Assembly: GCA_965219995.1 (NCBI GenBank)
Contig: CBDCOX010000002.1
Location: 96,001 to 160,000, forward strand
Origin: Candidatus Latescibacterota bacterium
Lineage (GTDB): Bacteria > Latescibacterota > UBA2968 > GCA-2709665
Reading direction: 5' to 3'
Length of the DNA stretch: 64,000 bases
The notes beneath the pieces are model-generated. The model did not search any database. It had not been told where the DNA came from and saw only the letters and a program-made list of their open reading frames with translations. This document shows positions 17,567 through 28,069 of the stretch, piece after piece. The stretch's first letter is position 1. Every line of letters starts with the position of its first letter. The position numbers and the translations under genes were made by a program.

Positions 17567-20500
17567 TCACGGAAGCGTCAGCCGCCACACGTCGTTCACG
17601 ACAGGCCATGTATTGCCCGCGACCACCCAGAGGCTGTTCTTGAACACGTAGCAGGTGGACTCGTGGCGGGGCGAAAAACGGGTATCGGGTTTGAATTCGT
17701 GCCACTCCCGGCCGTCTTCGGTGTACCAGACGTCGCCCAGGTTTACCGAATTGGCGTTGTCGTACCCGCCGATGATCCAGAGTCTGCCCGCGTAGACCTT
17801 CGGAATGAACCACATCCGCGGCGACCAGGGGGCGTGTTCGAGTACGCGCGTCCAGTGGACGCCGTCCTCCGAACACCAAACATCGTTCAGGGTCGTGTAA
17901 TGCGGGTAGCCCTTTTCGGGCGGGTCGTTGCGCCCGTCGATCCTGCCTCCCATCACCCACAGCCTGTTGTCGTACGCGGCCACGGCGGAGGCGGACCGGT
18001 CGCCGTAGGGGGCGTTGGACGCGACCCGGATCCAGTCAACGCCGTCGCCGGTGCGCCAGACGTCGGTACCGCTGCCAAGCTGCCACATCCTGTCCCGGTA
18101 AATCACGAGTTCGCCGTAACCCCTCGGCCCGAAGGGGGTTTCTTCCAGCACCCGGGTCCAGTCGACGCCGTCCGGCGAAGACCAGACGCTTCCCTTGACG
18201 GCCCACATCTTGTCCTTGTAGGCCACCATTTCGCTGTAGCCGTCGTACGGCGTGGCTTCGCTTACCAGGTGCCAGCTGATGCCGTCGGACGAATTCCAGA
18301 GGTCCCGGGTGAGGATTCCGGAATGGTAGTAGGCGTTGCTGATCCAGAGTTTGTCCTGAAACACCACGTCTTCGGACGTATCGCGCGGCGTGAACGGCGC
18401 ATTGCGGACCAGGTTGATCCAGTCGCCGGTCCGGGTGGCGCTGACGTCGGAGGCGTTGATGCGCAGGCTGGTCACGGTGGGGATTTCGATTGTCGCCGGG
18501 CCCGTCCACGACCGCCCCGGAAAGAACAGGAGGCGGCCGCCCTTCGCGGTGATTTCGTACCCGGGGTCATCCTCCAGCTCCAGCAGAGCGCCGCCGGCTT
18601 CCGGGTGTTGGAGGGTTTTGATCTTGTGACCGTAGGTGAATCCGTCGCCGTCCTTGACAATGGCGGTAAGGCCCGCGAGGTCCACGCCGGTGGGAAGATC
18701 GGTGTCTATGACGAGTCCGTCCACGTCGTCGCCGTCAGCCTTTCGTAGCGCCTTGAGGACGCTACCGGTACGTGTGCCCCGGCCGCCGAGCTTTCGGATT
18801 CCCTTCTGGAGAAGCGTGCCCCCGATGAGGATCAACTCTTCGACTTCGCCGTTCCGTTCACGGACAAAGCCGACGCGGCCGCGGAAGCGGAGGTCGCCGC
18901 ACTCGAGCGTGCGGTTCTCGTCCGACGCGGAAAGGATATAGTCGGTGATGCCGCCGGCTTCGACTCTCAGGACGATGTCATCGTCGGTGCCGCCCTGCGC
19001 ATCGAGGCGGTCCACGCCGGTGACGGCGGGCCGGTCTCCGCGGGGTTCCAGGACGGTACTGAAGAGCGTGGAGAGGTTCTCGCCTTCCCGGCGATGGAGG
19101 AGCATGGGCATGGTGATGGCGTCCAGAAGGGTGTCGTCCTCGTCCGCATTCCGGATGGAGGGCGCCCGGGCCGTGAAGAGGTCTCCGCCCGGGCCGGTCA
19201 GGCTGTAAACGCGGACCGAACCCTCGGGTGACGCCTGGCTGGTGAACGTCGCACGCCACGGCCGGGAGACTTCGGCGCGCCGTACGTCGCGGATGAACGC
19301 GTATCCCAGGTTGTGTCCCCCGGCGTCGCCCTTGACGCTCTCTCCGGTGGGCAGGGTGGCGGTCACGCCCGCCGGGAGCAGCGTTTCGGCGTGGGGCTCG
19401 GCGGGAAGGTCGGTCTCGACCGCGCCGTCGTGGTCCGCGTCGCCTGCCAGGATGTACTCGTGACGACGGCCGCCCGCGACCCTGAACAGGTCGACGACGT
19501 ACGTCTGTTCCGATGAAAGACCGATCTGTAACAGCATCCGCCGATAGGTGGACGTGACGCCCGGATAGGCGCGGTCGCCCGAGGCTTCGATCGCCTGGAA
19601 CGTATCGCTGTTCGGTACGAAAAGCAGGAGGTTGCCGTCCGAGGGCGCATTTTCGGAGCCGAACGCCTGGTCCTTGCCGTCCACGGCAACCGTGTTATGC
19701 GACAGCGTGCTGATCGTCCAGCACCGGTGGCGCGTGTGGGTATACCCGATGTCGCTCAGGCGCTCCTGGCCGCGCGCGTAGAGGGTAATGCTCAGGAGAT
19801 CCGCGTGCTGGTGGCCGTATCCGCCGGAGAAGTGGAGGTACGTCTGCGTGCGGTCGTCTCCGCTGCCCGTACTCAGACGGGCGTGGCCCATGCCCGGCAG
19901 GAGCATCGGGCCCGTCGATTCGGGGGCATCTCGCCGTCCTTTTGCCCAGGTGTCGTGGGTGGGGACCACGCGGCCGTTGGGATAACAGAGAAGCTCTGGG
20001 ATGCCCGCGGCCTTTGTCAGGATGGGGAAACGGGCGTTCAGGTCCAGATTGTCGTAGCGTTCCCCGTCGTCGGGATGCACGTATCCGTCCGGGTCGCTGT
20101 AGCCGTCCAGTCTCTCCATCACCTGACGCAGCCCGCCGATGGTCTGGTTGTGGTACGAGATCGCTCCTTCGCGCCATACCCCGTCCACGAGGAAGTTGAC
20201 GGCGATGAGCCGCGAGATACGGTCGACCACGTCGTGAATGTAGTCGGGTTCCTTCAGGACCCGTCCCGCCGCGACCATGCCGCGCAGAAGCGTGGGATCC
20301 ATGTTGCCGAGCGCCGGCGGGAATCCCCGAACGAAGGCTACGCTCGCGTGGAGGAACTCGTCCTCGATGCGACGAATCATGGTTTCGTCCAGTTCCCCGC
20401 TGTCCCGGATCAGGTCGTAGGCGTAGATCAGGTTCTCCGGTATGTCCATGTAGGCCCACCAGTCCCACTTGGAGGCCCGGTAATCCTGGACCGGATAGGG

Positions 20501-21112
20501 AAAGCCCTGGCTGCCCGGGAAAATGATCTTCTGCCGGAAGGGCAGGTCGTGGTGAACGCAGTACCCGGGATAGACCTCGGCGAACCGGTTCAGAATGAGG
20601 GCCGCACGCCGGGCGAGGGAACGGTCTCCCGTCGCAAAGTAGAGCGTCGCCAGGTCATGGGCGGCGTTGGCGAACCAGGCCCGCGCCCGGTACCACCCCT
20701 TTGCCTGGAAGAAGTGCCTGTACCCGGAGTCGTCCTCCCAGTACGGATACTCCTGTGTCTCGCCAACGGGATTGACGACGCTCAGAATTCCGGTATCCGG
20801 AAATCTCTCGTTGGGATACTTCAGGCCGCAGTATTTGCAGAAGACGCGGTCCGGGTCTTCGAAGGTCCAGTCGATCTGTCCCTCCTGCGCGCCGCCGTCG
20901 CAGTTGGGACAGTCCACGAAGTAGATGCCCGCGCGGTGGGGAATGCGGCGCAGAAGCTCGCGTTCCGACAGCGAGATGACGGGTTCGAGGTTCCGGCGCA
21001 GGCGCTCCACGTCGGAATCGTCCAGGTCGGGCGGAAAGACTGGGTCCGCGCCGGCGGGGTCGGGCCGGAGCGCGAGAAGGATCAGGACGAGCACGAGGGC
21101 GAACATCAGCAT
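17567..21112 (-). CDS. Secreted heparinase II/III-family protein fused to C-terminal Kelch-like repeats
   Basis: Signal peptide; CPNC/CKYC; DGVWREGAISYH; GHQHADLLS, SDIGY, TLSHNTVAVDG; C-terminal repeats LWVMGG...NDVWCSEDGVHW. Confidence 0.8.
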   Translation of the reverse strand: MLMFALVLVLILLALRPDPAGADPVFPPDLDDSDVERLRRNLEPVISLSERELLRRIPHRAGIYFVDCPNCDGGAQEGQIDWTFEDPDRVFCKYCGLKYPNERFPDTGILSVVNPVGETQEYPYWEDDSGYRHFFQAKGWYRARAWFANAAHDLATLYFATGDRSLARRAALILNRFAEVYPGYCVHHDLPFRQKIIFPGSQGFPYPVQDYRASKWDWWAYMDIPENLIYAYDLIRDSGELDETMIRRIEDEFLHASVAFVRGFPPALGNMDPTLLRGMVAAGRVLKEPDYIHDVVDRISRLIAVNFLVDGVWREGAISYHNQTIGGLRQVMERLDGYSDPDGYVHPDDGERYDNLDLNARFPILTKAAGIPELLCYPNGRVVPTHDTWAKGRRDAPESTGPMLLPGMGHARLSTGSGDDRTQTYLHFSGGYGHQHADLLSITLYARGQERLSDIGYTHTRHRCWTISTLSHNTVAVDGKDQAFGSENAPSDGNLLLFVPNSDTFQAIEASGDRAYPGVTSTYRRMLLQIGLSSEQTYVVDLFRVAGGRRHEYILAGDADHDGAVETDLPAEPHAETLLPAGVTATLPTGESVKGDAGGHNLGYAFIRDVRRAEVSRPWRATFTSQASPEGSVRVYSLTGPGGDLFTARAPSIRNADEDDTLLDAITMPMLLHRREGENLSTLFSTVLEPRGDRPAVTGVDRLDAQGGTDDDIVLRVEAGGITDYILSASDENRTLECGDLRFRGRVGFVRERNGEVEELILIGGTLLQKGIRKLGGRGTRTGSVLKALRKADGDDVDGLVIDTDLPTGVDLAGLTAIVKDGDGFTYGHKIKTLQHPEAGGALLELEDDPGYEITAKGGRLLFFPGRSWTGPATIEIPTVTSLRINASDVSATRTGDWINLVRNAPFTPRDTSEDVVFQDKLWISNAYYHSGILTRDLWNSSDGISWHLVSEATPYDGYSEMVAYKDKMWAVKGSVWSSPDGVDWTRVLEETPFGPRGYGELVIYRDRMWQLGSGTDVWRTGDGVDWIRVASNAPYGDRSASAVAAYDNRLWVMGGRIDGRNDPPEKGYPHYTTLNDVWCSEDGVHWTRVLEHAPWSPRMWFIPKVYAGRLWIIGGYDNANSVNLGDVWYTEDGREWHEFKPDTRFSPRHESTCYVFKNSLWVVAGNTWPVVNDVWRLTLP

Positions 21113-21248
21113 GACGGGATATCCTCTCGATTCTGAACGATTCGCAATGGCTGCAACGCCCATGTCGGTAACGAACGGCTGGCGGCGGCTCGAACGTTCG
21201 ATGACGGCCGGGTCCGAAACGTCGCACCGTCCGGGTTCGGGGCGTGCG

Positions 21249-22814
21249 TCATGGTCGGCTCGCCGGCGATGCGTTGCGGCGCAGCACCCTGCCCGGCAGC
21301 GCGCCGGTTGGGGCGCCCCCTTCCACGGCCGGCGTTCCGTTGACCAGCACGTACGGGATCCCCACGGGACCTCCGGTGGGGTTCTCGAACGTGGCGGTCG
21401 AGTTGACGGTCTCCGGATCGAAGATCACGATGTCGGCGGCGTTGCCTTCGGCGATTTCGCCGCGGTCGGCGAGGCCGAATCGCCGGGCGGGGAAGCCGCT
21501 CATCTTGTGGATGGCTTCCGCGAGAGAGATCAGGTTCTTCTCGCGGACGATTTCACCGGGTACGCGTGCGAAACACCCGAATCCCCTGGGGTGGGGGTGG
21601 CGCACGTTGTAGATGCCGTCGCTCGCGACCATCATCCGAGGGTGCGTTGCGGTATTCCTGACCGTGGTTTCGTTGGTCTCGGGGGTGTCCTGCCACGGAA
21701 AAATGTACGTGGACAGGCCGTCCTCCTCCAGGATGAGATCGTAGGCGAAGTCCTCCGGAGCGACGCCCGCCCCCGCGGCCAGGTCCGACAGGGTGGCGCC
21801 GACGTAGCGTCCTGATCGGGTGTGTCCGACCACCTGGTTGCAGGCGCCCAGCCAGCCGCGGAGATGGGGAAGGACCCGTTCCTTCACACCGGGGTTCGCC
21901 AGGTGATCCAGGACGTCTCCCGGAGCACCGATCTGGTCCTCAACGGGGAGCATGATGGTCATGTGGGACATGCCGGCAGGGTAGAGATAGGACTCGAAGG
22001 TGAGGTCGATATCCTCCCTGTCGGCAATTTCCAGTAGCTCGGCGCCCTCCCGGTCGGCCCGCTCATGGGAATGGTGTACGGGAATGCCGGACTGACGGAA
22101 GATTTCGAAGGTCTCCTTCCAGGCATCCGCCCGTCCGAGAATGTGGTTGCGGATGTGCGCCGCGTAAATGCCGCCGTAGGAAGCGGCCACTTTGCACAGT
22201 TCCACCAGTTCGCGCAGGTCGGAATTTGCGCTCGGCTGGTAGTCCAGCCCCAGGCAGAGGCAGCCCGCGCCCGCTTCCATCCATTGCCGCACCAGGTCGG
22301 CCATGGCGGCGATCTGCGTATCGGTGGCGGGACCGGGCGACCATCCGCAGACATTAAGGCGCACGGCGCAGTGGGGCACCTGCGGGTAGACGTTGCAGGG
22401 ACTGTTCCCGGGAAACAGTTTCAGGTAGTCTTCAATGGATTCCCAGGTGAGGTCCAGATCCGCCGATCCGGCGGCGAACCGGGTGTACTCCCACATCTGT
22501 CCTCGCAGGTCCGGAGACAACGGCGCCCATCCGAAGCCGTCGGGCGCGAGGAGCTGCGTGGTAACGCCCTGGACGACACCCGCAAAGCGGTGGATTCCGG
22601 TCAGCAGGGCGGGCTCGCAATGCACGTGCACGTCGATGAATCCGGGACAGACCACGTGGCCGCGGGCATCGATCTCCCGTTTCGCCTCAACATTCGAGAG
22701 GCTGTCCACGGCGGCGATCCGGTCGCCCTGTACGGCGATATCCGCCGGGAACGGGTCTCTACGGCCTGTCCCGTCGACCACGAGGCCGTTGCGGATGAGG
22801 GTGTCGAACGTCAT
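21249..22814 (-). CDS. N-acyl-D-amino-acid deacylase (D-aminoacylase) family
   Basis: NGLVVDGTG, PGFIDVHVH, HPHPRGFGCF, ADIVIFDP. Confidence 0.88.
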   Translation of the reverse strand: MTFDTLIRNGLVVDGTGRRDPFPADIAVQGDRIAAVDSLSNVEAKREIDARGHVVCPGFIDVHVHCEPALLTGIHRFAGVVQGVTTQLLAPDGFGWAPLSPDLRGQMWEYTRFAAGSADLDLTWESIEDYLKLFPGNSPCNVYPQVPHCAVRLNVCGWSPGPATDTQIAAMADLVRQWMEAGAGCLCLGLDYQPSANSDLRELVELCKVAASYGGIYAAHIRNHILGRADAWKETFEIFRQSGIPVHHSHERADREGAELLEIADREDIDLTFESYLYPAGMSHMTIMLPVEDQIGAPGDVLDHLANPGVKERVLPHLRGWLGACNQVVGHTRSGRYVGATLSDLAAGAGVAPEDFAYDLILEEDGLSTYIFPWQDTPETNETTVRNTATHPRMMVASDGIYNVRHPHPRGFGCFARVPGEIVREKNLISLAEAIHKMSGFPARRFGLADRGEIAEGNAADIVIFDPETVNSTATFENPTGGPVGIPYVLVNGTPAVEGGAPTGALPGRVLRRNASPASRP

Positions 22815-22914
22815 GGGATACACCTTCGGAGAAGCGCGTTGGCGGGCCGGTTGAGATTGCGAACCGAAGATAAACAGGATTTCTCTTCGGCGCACCGGAA
22901 TTCAAAACAGCTTC

Positions 22915-24882
22915 CTACCAGTCGTTGAGCTTGTGGCCGTCTCCGTTGAACCAGAAAACGTCCGCGACGACCCCCAGACCCACGCCGACGAGATATCCCA
23001 TGAACATGCCCAGAAAGAGGGGTGTCAGGCGTCTGTAGCTGTTGAGGCCGCCGAATCTCATGATAAGGGCTTTGGTGAACCACGCGATAAAAATGGAGGT
23101 GACGCTGCTTCTGAGTACATTGGAGGCGGAAATGGTGAATCCGATGGGATGAATGGGGAATCCCGGAAAGCGGTATCGCAGGAAGACGAGGAGGCCGGTG
23201 AACGCGGCGCCGATGCCGAAGAACCCGACGCGGTCCCAGCTTGTGCCGGCCGTCCCCTGCTGGATGCGGGCGGCCGTATATCGCCAGATGCCAACGGCGC
23301 CGTCGCCGGAGCCGTTGAAGCTGACCACGCCGAAGTTATAGCTGCCCACGCCGTAGTAGCCGTGGTAGAGAATGAAGGCGATCACGGAAAGGGCGCCGCC
23401 AAGGGCGCCCAGGAGAACGCCGGGCGCCAGCAGCCGTCGGCGTTCGGGCCGCATGGCCACGCCCAGCCTGGGGACGTGGGCCAGAGCGGTGATCGCCCAG
23501 GTCTTGGCGTCGCAGAAAAAGGTGTAGGTCAGGCCCAGGGCAACCGCGCTGTGCGGACCCATTCCGGAAATGCCGAAAAGGTGCCACGTAAACGCCTGCG
23601 CCGTAATGGGGCCGCGCAGATACACGAGGCCGCTTTCCACGATAATGCGCGCCAGACCCAGGTAGAGCGCGAGGGTGGCGAACCAGAAAGCGATCAGGGG
23701 GCCGGCGGCCATCCCGGCGCGGAAAAGCCACACGAGCAGGTACGCGCATCCGGCCAGGAGCAGAACTACCGCCGTGCGGTAGGAGATGAGTTCGTTTGAG
23801 TCGTCGACGTCGTCGACTGCGCCCGTACCTCTGGTGCTCGCCGCGCGCGCAAAGGCCTTCCTGAATACCGCGGCCAGGTGGCTCCGGGCAACCCAGAGCC
23901 CCCAGCCCGCAAAAACCGTGAGACCGCCGAAGCTCTGCCAGCCGATGGCGGGATCGAAGGAGCACCACATATCAGAACCGCCGATACTGAAGCCCAGGCG
24001 GTTGAAGACGCCCACCTGCAGGATGGCCAGAAGGTGGAAGAGCCAGATGCTGAACAGGACGCTGGATTCGGTGAAGTACGCGAACGCGATCGTCATCGGA
24101 TGGATGGAAAATGCAAAGTAGGGGAAACCCTCGCCGATCCGGATCACCTTGCGGCTGAGGACCGTCATGGGTACGTCCAGTACGGGTATGGCCCTGACGA
24201 ACCACGTCGCGATATTCCAGCAGAAGATGGCGACGACCAGCCAGAAACCGAACCGGAACAGGCGTGACCGGACCAGGGTGGCCAGACTGCGCCCGGAACC
24301 GGAGTCGCCGGTGAGCTCGAGCACGGCGGTGGCGATCGGGAACGTGAGGCGTTCGTTGTCCATCCACTGTTTGCGGAGGATGACGACCAGGCAGAAGCTG
24401 ACGGTAAGCACCGAACCGAGGAATCCGCCCCACCAGAAAACCGGCGCCGCCCAGGCGCTCCAGGGGAATTCCTGGCCCTTGAACAGACTCTCGTAAAAGC
24501 CCGTTGCGGCCGTTGGATCCGCGACGATGGTCCAGGAGGGGACCCTGGAGAGCAGGTGTTCGGCCCATTGATTCTCGGGTGTCGCAAAATAGGTGGGCGC
24601 CGTAACCACGCCCAGCAGGTATCCCGAAAGCCACTCCCCCTGCATGGTCGCCGCGACCATTCCAATACAGCAGATGGACACCAATTCCGAGGCCGACAGG
24701 CCGCGACCTCGACGATAGAGGGGCAGATTGAGTGCGAGCAGGCAAATGAAGGGAATCAGCAGGGCTACCGACAGGTGCGCATAGTCGGCGCGCGAGGAAT
24801 GCGCGATGAGGCTGGAGTAGGTGGGCCAGAGGTTGACCCAGACGGCCATGGACAGGCCGACGAGGAGCGCGCGCAGCGTCAT
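22915..24882 (-). CDS. DUF6785/DUF6784-type multi-pass membrane protein (putative transporter)
   Basis: MTLRALLVG, YFATPENQW, LRKQWMDNERLTFPI, FPIHPIGF, RFGG...PLFLG. Confidence 0.75.
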   Translation of the reverse strand: MTLRALLVGLSMAVWVNLWPTYSSLIAHSSRADYAHLSVALLIPFICLLALNLPLYRRGRGLSASELVSICCIGMVAATMQGEWLSGYLLGVVTAPTYFATPENQWAEHLLSRVPSWTIVADPTAATGFYESLFKGQEFPWSAWAAPVFWWGGFLGSVLTVSFCLVVILRKQWMDNERLTFPIATAVLELTGDSGSGRSLATLVRSRLFRFGFWLVVAIFCWNIATWFVRAIPVLDVPMTVLSRKVIRIGEGFPYFAFSIHPMTIAFAYFTESSVLFSIWLFHLLAILQVGVFNRLGFSIGGSDMWCSFDPAIGWQSFGGLTVFAGWGLWVARSHLAAVFRKAFARAASTRGTGAVDDVDDSNELISYRTAVVLLLAGCAYLLVWLFRAGMAAGPLIAFWFATLALYLGLARIIVESGLVYLRGPITAQAFTWHLFGISGMGPHSAVALGLTYTFFCDAKTWAITALAHVPRLGVAMRPERRRLLAPGVLLGALGGALSVIAFILYHGYYGVGSYNFGVVSFNGSGDGAVGIWRYTAARIQQGTAGTSWDRVGFFGIGAAFTGLLVFLRYRFPGFPIHPIGFTISASNVLRSSVTSIFIAWFTKALIMRFGGLNSYRRLTPLFLGMFMGYLVGVGLGVVADVFWFNGDGHKLNDW

Positions 24883-24972
24883 GATGTCCGCCGTCGGATG
24901 TCGGTACGCGGTGGGGCCGAACCTGATGGTGCGGTCGGCGCGGCTTCAAATCCTGTCGATACGGAGTTGGGT

Positions 24973-26025
24973 CTACAGACTTCCGGACACCGCAATCTTG
25001 ATGGCGTCCTTCCCGTCCAGGCGATAGCTGCCGGCCAGTGCGTTGAAGCCTTCGGGCACGCGGTCCAGCGGGATGGTGTGGCTGACCATATCCGTAAAGG
25101 GGAACTCGTTCCTCTCCAGGATGGGAAGCCCGCGCACGAAGTGTTCCGGGTAACTCGCCCAGACCGCTTCGAAACGCAGGTTCTTGCGCATGAACATCCG
25201 ATTGGGATTGCATTCGAAGGAACCGACGTCGACGAAATGGCCCATTTCGACGTAGGTGCCGTCCTGCCGGAGATAATCCAGACCCTCAGGGATGGCTTGC
25301 AGAAAGCCCGTGCACTCGAAGACGACGTCGGCGCCGGCCCCCTTCGGCGTGGCGTCCCGAACCAATCGCTTGCGTTCTTCCGGGTCCGGGACGTCGGCGA
25401 TGTCGACCGTGACGTCCGCGCCGATTTCCCGTGCGAGCGCCAGGCGTCCCGGGGGGCCGCCGACCATGATCAGCCGGCCGGCGCCGCTGACCTTCGCGCA
25501 GATGAGGGTGACAAGGCCGATGGCGCCGGAACCCTGAACGACGACGGTGTCTCCGAATTGGATCCGTGCCCGCATAACGCCGTGTACGCCGATCGTGAAG
25601 GGCTCGAGCAGAACGGCGACCTCGGCCGGCAGATCGGTCTTGAAGAAAACGGTCTCCGGATTCCAGAGATAGATGTATTCGGCAAAGCCGCCGCGCAGAT
25701 AGGGCTGCTCTCCGGCAGGGATAAATCCGTAAGCGCCTTGAGACGTGCCCGGCACCAGCGCGATTCGGTCGCCCGGTCTGACGGGGCGTCCCAGGTGGTC
25801 GTGGGTCACGCCGTCGCCAAGCGTGTCGACGATCCCCACGTTCTCGTGCCCCAGAATAATCTCGTCGTCCAATCTCTGGTATTCCCAGTTGTGCAGGTCG
25901 GTGCCGCAGATGCCGGCGAGTTCCTGTCTCAACAGGACCGTTCCGGGCGCCGGTTCCGGTACGGGGTACTCCCGGACTTCAAATCGTTCGCCGACCACGA
26001 CCGAGGCGCGTCCGGTTCGGGACAT
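24973..26025 (-). CDS. Zinc-binding (MDR) dehydrogenase
   Basis: GICGTDLH, LGHENVG, GSGAIG. Confidence 0.9.
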   Translation of the reverse strand: MSRTGRASVVVGERFEVREYPVPEPAPGTVLLRQELAGICGTDLHNWEYQRLDDEIILGHENVGIVDTLGDGVTHDHLGRPVRPGDRIALVPGTSQGAYGFIPAGEQPYLRGGFAEYIYLWNPETVFFKTDLPAEVAVLLEPFTIGVHGVMRARIQFGDTVVVQGSGAIGLVTLICAKVSGAGRLIMVGGPPGRLALAREIGADVTVDIADVPDPEERKRLVRDATPKGAGADVVFECTGFLQAIPEGLDYLRQDGTYVEMGHFVDVGSFECNPNRMFMRKNLRFEAVWASYPEHFVRGLPILERNEFPFTDMVSHTIPLDRVPEGFNALAGSYRLDGKDAIKIAVSGSL

Positions 26026-26057
26026 ATGACACCTCCTCCGGATTTCAGTTGAACGTG

Positions 26058-26858
26058 TCAGGACTGCGCGTAGAAACGGATGTTCGGGACGTTGTCAATA
26101 CTGCCCATTTCGTAGGCGTATCTGCAAAAGAGATCCAGACCCTCCTGTTCGGCCCGGCCGAAGTCATAATGGATCCTGTTGCCCAGGTAGTCCTCGTAGA
26201 ACCTGGCCGAACCGGGACGTGGCGACACATGGTTCGCTGCGATACGGGGAATTTCCCGCACACCCAGCGCTTTGGCCCGGATCAGTTGCCGGGTCTGATC
26301 CGGACGCAGTGCGCCCGACCGTCCCGTCCAGCAGGCGTAGACAAACGGAAGCCCCGTAAGCCGGGTCCAGGCTTCACCGAGATCCAGCACGCGGTAAGGC
26401 GTGGTATCGAGAGCCAGCGCCGCGTCTCCGATGATGACGGCGGCATCGGCATGATCGAGCATGCGCACTGCGTCGGGGGGATGGTGGAAGGCCCTGGGTT
26501 CGCATCGGAATTGTCTTTTCAGAACAATACGGCTGAGGACGGTGGATGTCCGGGAATTGACGTCGAGCGCCAGCGTTCGGATGTCGGCAGGGTCTCTCCG
26601 GTGCAGAAGCAGTACGCTTCGCACACGGCCCCGGGAAGAGATACTCACTTCGGGGACGACGCTGTATGGGTCCGGGCCGCGTGCGATTTCGATGGAGGGG
26701 ATAAGCGCGACGTCGGTTTCGCGGCCGTGAAGACGTTCCGCACAGCGGGATGGCACGTCGTAAACGAAATCGAAGCGGTGTTCGATGCGGCCGGATTCCA
26801 GGGCGTGCACCAGCGGATGGGTGTTCAGAAAAGAGACGACACCGAGGCGGGTTGTCAT
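26058..26858 (-). CDS. mqnA: Chorismate dehydratase MqnA (futalosine pathway)
   Basis: LGVVSFLNTHPL, SRTSTVL, IGDAAL, DLGEAWTRLTGLPFVYACW; adjacent to mqnC and mqnE. Confidence 0.9.
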   Translation of the reverse strand: MTTRLGVVSFLNTHPLVHALESGRIEHRFDFVYDVPSRCAERLHGRETDVALIPSIEIARGPDPYSVVPEVSISSRGRVRSVLLLHRRDPADIRTLALDVNSRTSTVLSRIVLKRQFRCEPRAFHHPPDAVRMLDHADAAVIIGDAALALDTTPYRVLDLGEAWTRLTGLPFVYACWTGRSGALRPDQTRQLIRAKALGVREIPRIAANHVSPRPGSARFYEDYLGNRIHYDFGRAEQEGLDLFCRYAYEMGSIDNVPNIRFYAQS

Positions 26859-26869
26859 TCGCGCAGCTT

Positions 26870-27985
26870 TCAGTTCACCATTTCGTACCGGGTGTTTCGT
26901 CTCGCCGGCCGGTAGCCGGCGTCCCGGATGAGGCGCAGCATGGTGCCAGGACTCATGTCGTCGGTGTGGCTTGTACCCGCGGCGGAGACGACGTTCTCCT
27001 CCATCATGGTGCTCCCGAAGTCGTTGACGCCGTATTTCAGCCCGACCTGGGCGATCTTGGGGCCCTGCGTCACCCACGAGGCCTGGAAACTCGGGATGTT
27101 GTCCAGGAACAGCCGGGAGACCGCAATCGTGCGGAGGTAGTCGTAGCCGGTGGCCTTCTTCCCGTTCCAGCGGACTTTGTCCGCGGCCAGATCGGTGTCG
27201 TCCGGCTGAAAGTTCCACGCAATGAAAGCGGTCATGCCGCCCGTGTCGTCCTGGAGGTCCCGGATGTGTTTCAGATGTTCGAGGCGCTGCTCGACGGATT
27301 CGACGTGGCCGTACATCATTGTGGCGGTGGTGTGCATGCCCAGTTCGTGCGCCGCGCGGTGTACCTCCAGCCATTCGTGCGCGCGGTCCTTGCGGAAGCC
27401 GATGACGTCGCGGACCTCGTCCGAGAGAATTTCGGCGCCGGCGCCGGGGATGGAATCCAGGCCGGCGTCCCGCAGGCGGCGAATACAGTCGGAGATGGAC
27501 ATCCGCGAGATGTGCGCCACGTAGATGATCTCCGTGGCGGACAGGCAGTGCTGGTGGACGGACGGATATCGTTCCCGGATGCCGGAGAAGAGATCTTCAT
27601 AGTAGTCGATGCGCAGTTTGGGATTCAGGCCGCCCTGCATGAGGATTTCGTTCGATTTGGGGGCCTGCCCGCCCGCGGCCACAAGTTCGTCGATTTTCCG
27701 GAAGATCTGTTCCCGAGGCAGGACGTAACCCTCGGCGGACCCCGGCGGGCGGTAGAACGCGCAGAAGTCGCAGCGCACCCAGCAGACGTTGGTGTAGTTG
27801 ATGTTCCGGCCGACGTTGTAGGTCACCACGTCTTCCGGCCACCTGCGCCTGCGTACCGTATCCGCAAGCATGCCCAGTTCCGTGACGTTGGGATGCGCCA
27901 TCAGCCGCCGGGCGTCTTCCAACGTGATGCGCTCTTCTGTGTGGATCTTCTCAGCAACATCATCGATCATCGATCGGTTCTCCAT
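26870..27985 (-). CDS. mqnC: Cyclic dehypoxanthinyl futalosine synthase MqnC (radical SAM)
   Basis: RNINYTNVCWVRCDFCAFYR, LMQGGLNP, QASWVTQG, GVNDFGSTMMEENVVSAAG. Confidence 0.92.
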   Translation of the reverse strand: MENRSMIDDVAEKIHTEERITLEDARRLMAHPNVTELGMLADTVRRRRWPEDVVTYNVGRNINYTNVCWVRCDFCAFYRPPGSAEGYVLPREQIFRKIDELVAAGGQAPKSNEILMQGGLNPKLRIDYYEDLFSGIRERYPSVHQHCLSATEIIYVAHISRMSISDCIRRLRDAGLDSIPGAGAEILSDEVRDVIGFRKDRAHEWLEVHRAAHELGMHTTATMMYGHVESVEQRLEHLKHIRDLQDDTGGMTAFIAWNFQPDDTDLAADKVRWNGKKATGYDYLRTIAVSRLFLDNIPSFQASWVTQGPKIAQVGLKYGVNDFGSTMMEENVVSAAGTSHTDDMSPGTMLRLIRDAGYRPARRNTRYEMVN

Positions 27986-28069
27986 GCCGGTTGTCCCATT
28001 ACCCCCCTGTTCGCGATGGCGATTCTCCCGAGCGGTCGCAGCGGCGAACCGACGGCCGTCGACGTGCTT

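Noticed and set aside
16909-17643. 244-aa plus-strand ORF
   Set aside because: Antisense to tRNA-Leu and the thioesterase gene
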